From assembly GCA_026770705.1 (NCBI GenBank), contig JANJGN010000052.1:2108001-2172000 (forward strand): 64,000 nucleotides of DNA, given 5' to 3'. Shown here piece after piece: positions 48,471-60,496 of this stretch (positions are counted from its first letter, which is position 1; every line of letters starts with the position of its first letter). The notes below the pieces were generated by a model. That model was not told where the DNA came from, searched no databases, and was given only the letters and a program-made list of their open reading frames with translations. Source of the DNA: Isurus oxyrinchus (taxonomy: Eukaryota). Both the position numbers and the translations under genes were made by a program.

Positions 48471-50919
48471 AAGCTTATTCTTTCCATCAGCACAAACAGC
48501 AATTTCCAAGCGGACTCCCATCAGCAGACAGAGTGCAATGAAACATCGGCATGCCTGCTTCTTAATGTACGGAGAGAAACCTGGAACGAGAGATTCTCCT
48601 TCTTCTCCTCAGCAAGCTGAAACTTTTCCTTATACCTGGTGCTCCCCAGTCCTGCTGTGTGGACACATCATAACCACGGCATTGTCTGGCTGTGTGCAGC
48701 CAACATGGTCGAATAGGAATGAACAGAAATGTGACGTTGCTAAACTCTGTTCTCTGATTGGAATGTGCTTGCTGAATGCTGCACCTTTTTCATGCTGCGA
48801 TAGATTGTAAGAAGCATTTGGCTTATGAATAAAATTACATTGATTAACTCAAGTGATTAAAATGCTCAGCCTGTTCTGTAGATATTTAAAGATTAAAATT
48901 CTTATTTTGCTGCAAAATTCTTGGCTCAAAGACATTACTTCATGTTGTCACGTTTTCCAATCAGATGAATTCCTCTGTCCATCTTTATAATAGAAATTTC
49001 CAATGTAAACATGTCACATTGTAGCTGCACACACTTGCCAGTGGCTGGTGTGATATCAAAGCTGTCTTGCTGCAGAGAAACAGCGAGAAATATTCCTGTT
49101 GTGTGCATGAACTTCATGTTAGCATGAGACACAGGCATCAGATGCAATTTTGTGCAATTTGTACAATGTTCTTTAGACAGCGCAGCACTCCCTCAGTACT
49201 GACCCTCCAACAGCGCAGCACTCCCTCAGTTCAGACCCTCCTACAGTGCAGCACTCCTTCAGATCAGACCCTCCGACAATGCAGCACTCCCTCAGTTCAA
49301 ACCCTCCGACAGTGCAGCACTCCCTCAGTTCAGAGCCTCCGACAGTGCAGCACTCCCTCAGCTCAGACCCTCCGACAGTGCAGCACTCCCTCAGTACTGA
49401 ACCTCCGACAGTGCCGCACTCCCTCAGTTCTTCTCCGCCGATGCTGCCAGACCTGCTGAGTTTTTCCAGGTATTTCTGTTTCTGTTTCTGTTTTGAATTT
49501 CCAGCATCCGCAGTTTTTTTGATTTTAGTGCTGGGCAGTTCCTCAGCAAGGATTCGGGCCACAAAACATTGCGAGTGCTGTGGGTCTGCGCCACGATTTA
49601 GAGAGCTGTGCTTGGCACGCCTATTCTAGGCCCAGTCCAGTGTGGTGGGGACAGCCTGGCAGTCCTGGGTTGGTGGTGCCCAGCATGGTGTGCAGGACGT
49701 GGTCAGTCCCTCACACACGTCGGTCCTGGGGGTGGGTGGCTTGATACTAGGCCGCAGGTGGCACAATCCCAGTCAGGGGAGGCATCTGCAGCCTGTCAGT
49801 GGGGAGCAGGTAATATAGAGGGTAGGGGTGGGGGTGGAAAAGAGGGGGGCCGGTGGTCTCTGTAAGTCACAGTACAATGGGCCTCTAGTTGGAGAGAGGT
49901 CAGGTCTACATGGGGCATTGGGATGTCAACATCAGACAGTCTAGGGAGGAGGACTGGGATGTCAACCCCGAACACAATAAGATCAAGGATTAGAGAGGAA
50001 GGGAAGAGACTGATTGGAAGGAGGGGAATGTGCACATTATGCTCCTCCAGCACGATGGGAGGGACTGTGATGGTTACAGGGGTGGGGGGGGTGACGTGTG
50101 AGGGGATAGACGCTTACCTGGTGGTATTGCCTCAGCCTCACCCTTTTTCAAGCTGATCCAATGTCGCAGTTGAAGAATAAGCTACAAAACAAATTGGCAG
50201 GGGAGATCTCCCAGGGCCTGTGGGAGACATCACCCACTGCATCTTCGGCCTGTTTGAAGGGGCACCCGAACAATACCGGCTTTTCCAAATGATGAGGAAG
50301 ACACAGCTGCACCCCGAGTGCCCTACTGGGGATCCAGAAGGTTGCAATAGCGCTGCGAGGGACTCATGGGCTCCACAGTGACTCCCTAATTAGCGACTGG
50401 AAGGTTTATGTTCATTTATCTTTATTATCCGTTCATATTGAGCAATGGAGCTCCTGATTTGTCACCTTTCTGTACCTCGTCCAATGCTTCTGTTATCAGG
50501 ACTTCCACATCGATGTGAAAGAGCCATGATGATAGCAGTCGCACAATGGGAATGGCACTAGGCCAGTGATCCAGAGGCCCAGGTGAATGCTTTGAAGACA
50601 CGGGTTCAAATCCCACCACGGCAGCTGGAGGAATTTCAATTCGATTAATCAATAAATTTAATTGATTGATACATTTTTTTCTTATTCATTTCAGGGATGT
50701 TGGTGTCGCTGACTAGGCCAGTATTTGTTGCCCATCCCCAATTGCCTTTGAGAACATCTGGATATCTGAGTTAGGATCAGGAGTAGGTCACTCAGTCCCT
50801 CGAACCTGCTCTGCCATTCAGTAAGATCATGGCTGATCTGATTGTCACCTCAACCTCACATTCCTGGCGACCCCCAATGACCTTTCACCCCCTTGTTAAT
50901 CAAGAATCTATCTAGCTCT

Positions 50920-52870
50920 GTGGAAGGGGAGCCAATCAATCGGGCTGCATTGTCCTGGATGGTGTCAAGCTTCTTGAGTGTTGTTGGAGCTGCACTCATC
51001 CAGGCATGTGGAGAGTATTCCATCACACTCCTGACTTGTGCGTTGTAGATGGTGGACAGGCTTTGGGGAGTCAGGAGGTGAGTTACTGTCTGCAGGGTTC
51101 CCAGCCTCTGACCTGCTCTTGCAGCCACAGTGTTTATATGGCTGGTCCAGTTCAGTTTCTGCTCAATGGTAACTCCCAGGATGTTGATATTGGGGGATTT
51201 ATTGATGGTAATGCCATTGAATGCCAAGGGGCGATGGTTATGAATGGTCTGTGGAATATTCTGGTACAAAATTTCAACACTCGGACTCCAGATGCAATAT
51301 TCAAGTGGTTCCTTTATTACGCATGTGGGGAGCAAACGCTGGGCAGTCCAGGTGCTTCTCCACCGAGGTTCAAATGAGCACAGTTTATATATTTTTACTC
51401 TCAGTTACAAGGTAATGGTATTAGTTAGACAAAGGCCACAGCACAATGACCCTCCGGTGGGCTGATAATTGTGTTCTTGTACAGTAATTACAGGGCAGAG
51501 ACTGGCTATTGTCCTTTTGAGACAGCAAAGAATCTATGTTTGTTCGCTACAAAAGGTTTCCGGGGGCTGACTGGATGTGGTTCAAGGCCATCGGACGGTG
51601 TGAAATAACCTTCCCCATTTCTTGATTGAGTCACCCAGTGTCCTTGTGTGTGTGTCTCCCATTTCCTCATTGCAAATTTCCAACTGAGCCCTTAGTACAG
51701 GTTTTTAAGTTTTCACGTAAGGATGTGTACGCTTTGGCGCCCTAGCTGCTGGTCCTGGCTGGCTCTTGAACATAAATCCAAATTTTCTGCACCTTCAATG
51801 AGATTCTCTCTTGTTGGAGCTGGTCATTGCCTGGTACTTGTGTGGCATGAATGTTACTTGTCACCTGTCAGCCCAAGCCTGGATGTTGTCCAGGTCTTGC
51901 TGCATTTGGACATAACTTGCTTCAGTATCTGAGGAGCCGTGAATGGTGCTGAACATTGTGCAAACATCAGCAAACATCCCCACTTCTGACCTTATGATGG
52001 AAGGAAGGTCATTGATGAAGCAGTTGAAGATGTTTGAGCCTAGGACACTACCCTGAGTAACTCCTGCAGTGATGTCCTGGAACTGAGATGATTGACCCCC
52101 AATAATCACAACCATCGTCCTTTGTGCTGGTTATGACTCCAAGCAGCGGAGAGTTTTCCCCCGATTCCCATTGACTCCAGTTTTGCTCGGGCTCCTTGAT
52201 TTGCCACACTCAGTCAAATGCTGCCTTGATGTCAAGGGCAGTCCCTCTCACCTCTGGAGTTCAGCTCATTTGTGCATGTTTGAACCAAGGCTGTAATGAG
52301 GCCAGGAGCTGAATGATCCTGGTGGAACACAAACTGAGCGTCAGTGAGCAGGTTCTTGCTAAGCAGGTGCTGCTTGCAAGCACTGTTGATGACCCCTTCC
52401 ATCACTTTAGTAATGATCAAGAATAGACTGCTGGGGAAATGGCTGGGTTGGATTTGTCCTGCTTTTTGTGTACAGGACGTACCCCATAGCCGGGTAGTTG
52501 CCAGTGTTGCAGCTTTACTAGAAAATTCCAGAAAGCTTGGCTAGGGGCGCAGCAAGTTCTGGAGCACAAGTCTTCAGTACTATTGCCAGAATATTGTCAG
52601 GGCCTGGAGCATTTGCAATATCCAGTGCCTTCAGCCCTTTCTTGATGTCACGTGGAATTAATCGAATTGGCTAAAGATTGGCATCTCTGATGCTGGGGAC
52701 CTCCGGAGGAGGCCGAGATGGATCAGCCACTCAGCACTTCTGGCTGAAGATTGTTGCGCATGCTTCAGTCTTGTCTTTTGCACCGATGTGCTGGGCTCCT
52801 CCATCATTGAGGATGGGGATATTTGTGGAGCCTCCTCCTCCAGTGAGTTGTTTAATTGTCCACGACTGGA
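50920..52870 (-). mobile_element. LINE RT fragments with an internal insertion
   Basis: ITAGVTQGSVLGSNIFNCFINDLP...MFADVCT. Confidence 0.8.
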
Positions 52871-54509
52871 TGTGACATCTGGAATGCGAAGCTAGTCTCA
52901 GTAATGGTGACCATGAAACTAAGGCCAACTGTTGCAAAAACCCATCTGGGTCACTAATGCCCTTTGGGGAAGGAAACCTGCCGTCCTTACCCATTCTGGC
53001 CTACGTGTGACTCCTGACCCACAGCAATGTGGTTGACTCTTAACTGGCCCCTGAAATGGCCGAGCAAGCCACTGAGTTATATCAAAACCCGCCACAGACC
53101 AGTCAAACCAGGTGAACTGCAGCACTTCGAAAAGGCAGCTCAGCACCCCCTTCTCCAGGGCTCAGTCTGGAACAGGTAACAAACGCTGTCCACATCCCGT
53201 GAAAGAATTTTGGTAAAAAGGTAACGTGTATCACCACCCACGGCCAGCGCCAACCCCCCCACCCCTACCTGATTGCACCAGTTTCAGATGACACCAGGTC
53301 AATGAACGGATAGAAACCCAAACCAATGAGATGAGCACAGAGAAGGATCAAGCCGGAGAGAGTTGGTGGGAAGAATTGGGAAAGCAACAAAAAAGGCAGA
53401 GCGGACACTAACACTATAACAAAGTAAAGACCAGAGGAGGAAGGAAGCAAGTGCGAAGAGGAATTGAGAGTAGAGCTGGTAGGCTGCTTGTCGAAGCCAA
53501 GGACCCTCCATAGGTCACACCCACAGTGCTGTTGGGGAGGGAGTTACATGATTTTGACCCAGGATCATCAAGTTTTGCACTGGCAGAGCCTTTAAAGAAA
53601 GGGGACCTTCACTACCCGTGTCCCCCGCCCAACAAAGCTGTTGAAATGCCGAGTCCACCTGTACAGGCAACCTCCAGACAGTTGACTACAAAGGCCATTG
53701 CAGCTGCTGAATATGACTTCCAGTTTCAAAACCTTCATGAATACAAGGATGGGGGATTCAGCAGGAATATTCCTGCACATCCTGTGGCAGATCCTGTAAA
53801 TAAAAGGGACCTTCACTCACTCCTCAAAGCTGCTGACCTGCTGATTCATATCTACAGGCAACCTCCAAACAGTCGACTAGAGAAGACAATGCAGCTGCTG
53901 AATGTGACTCCTAGTTTCAAACCCTTCACTCTGGAAAGAAGGAATCCAGAGCAATGGGCCTCACTATGATACTTGACAGAAACTGATTTTAACTCTCATC
54001 TCTAAGTATTATTTTTCCTTTGCTTACATTTTAATCCCTGCACCTGATGGCTTTATCGCTTCAACTTAAATAACTTTCAGCAGGAGCCAGGTTCAAATTG
54101 AATGGACAAGCAGGCTTGGGGGGCCAAAAGGCCTACTCCTGCTTCTGTTTATTTATGTTTGTGTTGTTATGTAGTGGAACTAGAGAGGTTATAGCAGTTA
54201 TGAGAGCATTAAGCAAACAGCAGCAAGAATTGAACACCTACGTTGTGGTTTATGAAAAGGTTTTCAACCTGGTCAACTGGTAAAATCTGTTGAAAGTGGG
54301 CTATCATGGCGTGTGCCCTTTGTGAGATATTTGTAACAACGTTCTCGATGTCGGAACAGTTTGCATTGAACAAAGCTGATCTTTACCCTGAACTTCAGAG
54401 GAAGGGGGGACAATTGTTCCCTGGTGTGGGGGGCATGGTGGGGGGGAGGGTGAGGGGGAGACAAGTAGCCTGAAATACCAAGCCAGACACTTTGTGAAGA
54501 CAAAAGTTC

Positions 54510-54515
54510 TTTATT
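54510..54515 (-). terminator. Probable polyadenylation signal of the hepcidin-like gene
   Basis: AATAAA on the - strand about 830 nt after the stop, followed by a U/GU-rich stretch. Confidence 0.5.
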
Positions 54516-55346
54516 CATTTTTTTTTACAAATCATAATCTTTACAATTAAAGTCCCGACAAGATGATGGTGAATCATGAACACATTGTCGGGGTGAATCT
54601 GTGCCCGGGAGCAGAAAGCAGCAAAATCAGGAGCCCGCTTTACATCTCTCTGAATTTTAACTATCATTAACCCCAGTAACATCCATTCAAATGACTTAGT
54701 CATAAGATTCCTCACACATTCACTTGCACACTCACACACCCACACCCACACAGAGACACAGACACACTCACTCATTCACATTGACATACACTGACAGTCA
54801 CACACACCCACACAGACACACTGACACACTCACTCATTCACATTGACACACACTGACACAGTCACACACACCCACACAGACACACTGACACACTCACTCA
54901 TTCACATTGACACACACTGACACAGTCACACACACCCACACAGACACACTGACACACTCACTCATTCACATTGACACACACATATTGACAGTCACACACA
55001 TACACACACACACACGCTCATAAAGACAGACACAAACACAGTCACGTGAGGTGAATAGTGTCGATGTATTTAAGGGGGAGCTGGATAAACACACGAGGGA
55101 GAAATGAATAGAAGGATATGGTGATGGGGTGAGATGGAGAAGGGGTGGGCGGAGACTCGTGTGGAGCAGAAACACCAGCATGGAGCAGATGGGCCGAATG
55201 GCTTCTTTCCCTGCTGTAAAACGCAGGTAAAGTTTCAGTTGGAATTAATGAACAGGGCCTGTGTTAAATAGATTGCTAAGCAGTAGATAAGGAGGGGAGA
55301 GGCTGTGGCATGGTGCAGGATGACCTTGCGTGAATGAGGCCAGGGT

Positions 55347-55463
55347 CTAAAATATGCAGCAGATACCACAAGTCTCATTTGATTCTCTCCAATTACAGCA
55401 GTGACAGCAGAATCTGCAGTGCCGCTGTCTGCTCATTCTGTTCTGGCGCTGCAGCAAGGAGCC
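55347..55463 (-). CDS. hamp: Hepcidin-like gene exon 3 (cleavage site and 8-Cys mature peptide)
   Basis: Minus strand cttttccag|GGC...; GSLLQRQNR MSRQRHCRFCCHCCNWRESNETCGICCIF*; C-x2-CC-x-CC-xn-C-G-x-CC-x2-stop is the hepcidin pattern. Confidence 0.92.
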   Translation of the reverse strand, partial: GSLLQRQNRMSRQRHCRFCCHCCNWRESNETCGICCIF

Positions 55464-55549
55464 CTGGAAAAGCAGGAGGACAATAGGTGAGAACATTCCG
55501 GAAAGAAAGAAGGCATCATTTCAATCAGGCGCGTCATTGGAAGGAGGAT

Positions 55550-55930
55550 GGCGCATTTCTATAGCGCCTTTCCCCTCCTCAGGATGGCCCAAAGTGTTCC
55601 ACAGCTGAAGGAAGGACTTTTTCTGAAGTGAGCTCACCGCTGTAATGTAGGAAACGCAGCAGGCAATTCACGCACAGCAAGATCCCACAAACAGAAATGT
55701 GATAATGGCCCCGATTTTCAGTTTTTTACCAATGTCAGTTGAGGGATAAATGTTTGCCCCAGGAAAGCGGACATAACTGCATCCCATCCACCCCCCACCA
55801 CCCCCTCCACACATACCCCCAACTCCTGACGCACTTCATTTAAATTGTGGCCATGGAATCCTCTATATCCACCTGAGAGGGCAGATGTTGTCTCAGTTTA
55901 ATATCTCATCTGAAAGACAGCGCCTTCAAC
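55550..55930 (-). mobile_element. SINE (DeuSINE-like); further copies near 5840-5990, 15150-15295, 22140-22410, 57930-58230
   Basis: Recurrent core gtaatgtaggaaacgcagcag...cacagcaagatcccacaaacagcaatgtga; family name is from recall. Confidence 0.6.
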
Positions 55931-57773
55931 AGTGCAGCACCCCCTCAGTACTGACCCTCCGACTGTGCAGCACTCCCTCAGTACTGACCGTCTGACAATG
56001 CAGCACCCCCTCAGTACTGACCCTCCAACAGTGCAGCACTCCCTCAGTACTGGCCGTCTGACAATGCAGCACCCCCTCAGTACTGACCCTCCGACTGTGC
56101 AGTCCCCCGCCGGTACTGACCCTCTGACAGTGCAGCACTCCAAGACTGACCGTCTGACAATGCAGCACGCCCTCAGTACTGACCCTCCGACTGTCCTGCC
56201 CCCCCGCCGGTACTGACCCTCCGACAGCTCGGTAATTTCTCAATTATGCCTGGTGGTCCTTTTAACTCAGAGCTGAGAGTTGCAGAGAATCGAGCACACA
56301 TCCTGAACTGACACTTGCAGTGCAAGTACTGGGAGCGCGCTGGTCATTATCATGCTGCTGTCTGTGGGATCTTACTGTGCGCCAATGGCTGATTCTTTTC
56401 CCACAGTACATCAGTGACCTCACATGAAAGAAAAAAAGCACTTGATTGTCCGCGAAACAGTTTGGGACGTCCTGATGTGTTGGAAGGCGCTAGAGAAATG
56501 CAAGTCCTCTTTGTCTTTCACTCGATCCTCTAAGGTGTCTGTTGATTAACCAGCCTCTCGGTGTTTGATGTAGGCCTGGTTATAAACAGTTAGAAGGATC
56601 AAATATCAAAAGTGCTTTGGCTGACAGTCAAACCGATTGTGCATTCGGAGAGATTAGATATGGTCTGCACACAATGACTCCAGTCTCTGGCACTGACTGC
56701 CGCCTGGGGTCTCCCTTCCACATAACACTCACAACTTGCATTTACACAGCGCCTCTGACATTGAAAAATGTCCCAGCCCACATTACCGGAGCGTAAATCA
56801 GAGAGAAGTCTAACACTGAGTCACATATGGAGATATTAGGGTTAGGTGACCAAAAGCTTGGTCAAAGATGTCAGTTTTTAAGGAGCGTCTTAAAGGAGAG
56901 AGAGAGAGAAAGAGACAGAGGCAGAGAGGTTAAGGGAGGGTATTCCGGAGCTCAGGGCCCCAGGCAATTGAAGGCACGGCCACCAATGGTGGAGCGATGG
57001 GAATCAGGGGGACCCGGGAGATGCAGTAATGTCAGAGATTTTGGAGGAACATCGGGACCGGAGGAGGTGTTCTCCTGCTCCATATCTCTCTCTCTCTTCC
57101 TCTCATCCACTCCTCCTCTCCCTGTCTCTCTCTCTCCTACTCTTCCTCTCAATTGCCCTCTCTCCCAATCTTTCTCTCCTCTCTCCCTTTTCCTGTCTCT
57201 CTCCCTCTCTCTCTCCCTGTCTCATTCTCCCACTCTGTATCTCTCCCTCTCTCTCACACTATTTTTGTAACTTTCGCTCACTCTGTAACTCTCCCTTTCC
57301 TGTTAATTTCTCTCTCTTGGACAATCTCTCTTCCCTTTTCACTTTCCCTCACTCTGCATCTCTTCTTTAATTTCTCCCTCTGTCACTCTCTCCCACCTAT
57401 GTTCTTTCCCTTTCACCCCTCCCCGTCCCACTCTCTGTCTCTCTCTTCCAATCCCTCCCTCCCCCATTCCATCCCTCTCTCCGACTCTCGACTCCCAGCC
57501 TCTCTTTAACCCACTCCCAGGCTGGATCAGTCTCCCTCTCACTATTCCCGGCGTGGGTTACATTTAAAATTCCTGTGGGTATATGTTCACTTCCTTGGAA
57601 TTGTCTCTTCCCAGCTTTGCAAAAAAAGGGGTGGCGGGGGGGTTCGATTTCAAACATGCCTCCTGAGTATAACCGAGACAGACTGCCACTGAAATCAGCT
57701 TGAAATCAGAAAACTTTCTGTGGAAGAAACGAGCAGGGAGAAACCTTAAAATAAGGAATGAATTTCCACCTAC

Positions 57774-57830
57774 CGTGTCCGGGGAATCCACAGATTTCTC
57801 AATCGTCGAAGAACCTAAAGCAGTGTCAAC
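57774..57830 (-). CDS. hamp: Hepcidin-like gene exon 2 (prodomain)
   Basis: Minus strand ctttttgcag|GTT...ACG|gtaggt, 57 nt, open only in phase 0: VDTALGSSTIEKSVDSPDT. Confidence 0.8.
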
Positions 57831-58549
57831 CTGCAAAAAGAAAGAATTTATCAGGGAGAAAGTGAGAGGAGGATTGAGGGAGAGGGAGAGAGAGAGAGAG
57901 AGGTACAGGAGAGAGAGGGGGAGGAGGACAGACTTGCATTTCTCTAACGCCTTTCACCACATCCCAAAGCATTTCACAGCCACTGAAGGATGTTTTTGAA
58001 GTGCACTCACACTGTAGGAAATGTGGCAGCTGATTTGTGCACAGCAAGATCCCACAAATAGCAATGTGATCATGGCCTAGATCATCTGTTTTTGGTGATG
58101 TTGGTTGAGGGATAAATATTGGTCCCAGGACACCGGGGAGAACACCCCCTGCTCTTCCTCCAAATAGTGGCTGTGGGATCTTTCACACCCGCCCGAGAGG
58201 GCAGACGGGGGACTCGGTTTAATGTCTCATTCAACATTGTTGCGCTCCCTCAGTATTAACCCTTTGACACTGCAGCACTCCCTTAGTATTAACCCTTCGA
58301 TAGTGCTGCGCTCCCTCAGTACTGTCCCTCCGTCAGTGCAGCTCTATTTCAGTACTAACCCTTCGACACAGCAGCACTCCCTCAGTACTGACCTCCGACA
58401 GTATAGCACTCCCTCAGTACTGTCCCTCCAATAGTGCAACACTTCCACACTACTGACCCTCTGAGAGTGCAGCACTCCCTCAGCACGGAGCGTTGATCTA
58501 CATTATGGGACTGAATTCCCTGGAGTGAGACTCAGACCAGTGATTTAGG

Positions 58550-59920
58550 TAGGGTTGTGGGGGCTGGAGGAGGTTACAGAGATAGGGAGGGTTGTGGGGG
58601 CTGGAGGAGGTTACAGAGATAGGGAGGGCTGTAGAGGCTGTAGGAGGTTACAGAGAAAGGGAGGGTTGTAAGGGCTGTAGGAAGTTACAGAGATAGGGAG
58701 GGTTGTAGAGGCTGTAGGAGGTTACAGAGATAGGGAGGGTTGTAGGGGCTGGAGGAGGTTACAGAGATAGGGAGGGTTGTAGGGGCTGGAGGAGGTTACA
58801 GAAATAGGGAGGGTTGTAGGGGCTGGACGAGGTTACAGAGATAGGGAGGGTTGTAGGGGCTGGAGGAGGTTACAGAAATAGGGAGGGCTGTAGAGGCTGT
58901 AGGAGGTTACAGAGATGGGGGAGTTGTGGGGGCTGGAGGAGGTTACAGAACTAGGGAGGTGTGTAGGGGCTGTAGGAGGTTACAGAGATGGGGTGGTTGT
59001 GGGGGCTGGAGGAGGTTACAGATGTAGGGAGGGTTGTAGAGGCTGGAGGAGGTTACCAAAATAGACACTGCTGTAGGGGCCACAGTAGATTACAGAGATA
59101 GGGAGAGTTATAGTGTGGAGAGGAGGTTATAGAGTTCAGGAGGATTGTAGGGGCTGGAGGAGGTTACAGTGATTGTGAGGGTTGTGGGGCCTGGAGGATT
59201 TTACAGAGATAGGGAGGGTTGTAGGGTCTGGAGCAGGTTACAGAGATAGGGAGGGTTGTAGGGTCTGGAGCAGTTTACAGAGATAGGGAGGGTTGTAAGG
59301 TCTGGAGCAGGTTACAGAGAGAGGGAGGGTTGTAGGGTCTGGAGGAGGTTACAGTGATCGTGAGGGTTGTGGGGCCTGGGGGAGGTTACAGAGATAGGGA
59401 GTGTTGTGGGGACTGTAGGAGGTTACATAGATAGGGAGGGTTGTCGGGTCTGGAGGAGGTTACAGAGATAGGGAGGGTTATAGGGACTGGAGGAGGTTAC
59501 AGAGATAGGGAGGGTTGTCGAGACTGTAGGATGTTACAGAGATAGGGATTGTTGTAGGGGCTGGAGGATGTTACAGAGATAGGGAGGGTTGTAGGGGCTG
59601 GAGGAGGTTACAGAGATAGGGAGGGTTGTAGGGGCTGGAGGAGGTTACAGAGATAGGGAGGGTTGTACGGGCTGGAGGAGGTTACAGAGATAGGGAGGGT
59701 TGTAGGGGCTGGAGGAAGTTACAGAGATAGGGAGGGTTGTAGGGGCTGGAGGAGGTTACAGAGATAGGGAGGTTTGTAGGGGCTGGAGGAGGTTACAGAG
59801 ATAGGGAGGGTTGTAAGGCCTGGTGGAGGTTACAGAGATAGGGAGGGTTGTAGGGGCTGGAGGAGTTTACAGAGATAGGGAGGGTTGTACGGGCTGGAGG
59901 AGGTTACAGAGATAGGGAGT
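58550..59920. repeat. 37-bp minisatellite in hepcidin-like intron 1
   Basis: gggagggttgtaggggctggaggaggttacagagata. Confidence 0.95.
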
Positions 59921-60120
59921 CGCTGAGGAGGGATTGAAAACAAGAATGAGAATTTCAGGGGAAATGACAGAAGGAAATGATGTTAAATTCATAGAGGGCG
60001 ACAATATTAAAGGCACGAACACAATAATATCAAACTGCGGAAGAGACCAGTCTATCTGGGTGGTAGACGTAGAGTCATGTGCAAGAAACACGTCACCCAG
60101 AGGGACATCTCTTAGCTTAA

Positions 60121-60213
60121 CCTCGACAAGGAGAAGAAGTGACTCAGCTGCAGGGAGAGCAGCAAAGTCAGAGTGAACAAGACAAGTCGCCATTTCATCT
60201 GGGAGCTTCCCAT
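60121..60213 (-). CDS. hamp: Hepcidin-like gene exon 1 (signal peptide); donor is 1 nt out of phase as assembled
   Basis: MGSSQMKWRLVLFTLTLLLSLQLSHFFSLSR, followed by ttaagc; TATA box about 70 nt upstream of the ATG. Confidence 0.78.
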
Positions 60214-60282
60214 CTCTGCCTGTCTCTTCTGATCTTCTGGCTCTGCTTTGATGCTTTGGTTTGTAACTAGAGGAGCTTCCTG

Positions 60283-60496
60283 CTCTTATACCTGAAACAC
60301 TTGAAGGGGACAGCCGCGGGTGGGTAGCTGTGTGGTATCACACCCATTTCTGGATATTGCAGTGTCGATGTTCCCTGTCCCACTGGCCTGGGACCAGCAG
60401 TAAGGTCACTGGGACATTGACTGTCTGGCGCCGAGAACTATCAGTCCCTCCGCAACGCCCTTCACCTTGTGCAAATATGTGTTCATATTGACGCAA
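60283..60496 (-). promoter_or_regulatory. Hepcidin-like proximal promoter
   Basis: TATAAGAG 60290-60283 (-); degenerate STAT-like TTCTGGATA 60348-60356; GTCT+GGCGCC 60423-60432; C/EBP TTGTGCAA 60467-60474; TGACGCAA 60489-60496. Confidence 0.65.

Noticed and set aside
50118-50390. Minus-strand segment ending in a strong donor (cag|gtaagc)
   Set aside because: No recognisable coding frame or partner exon
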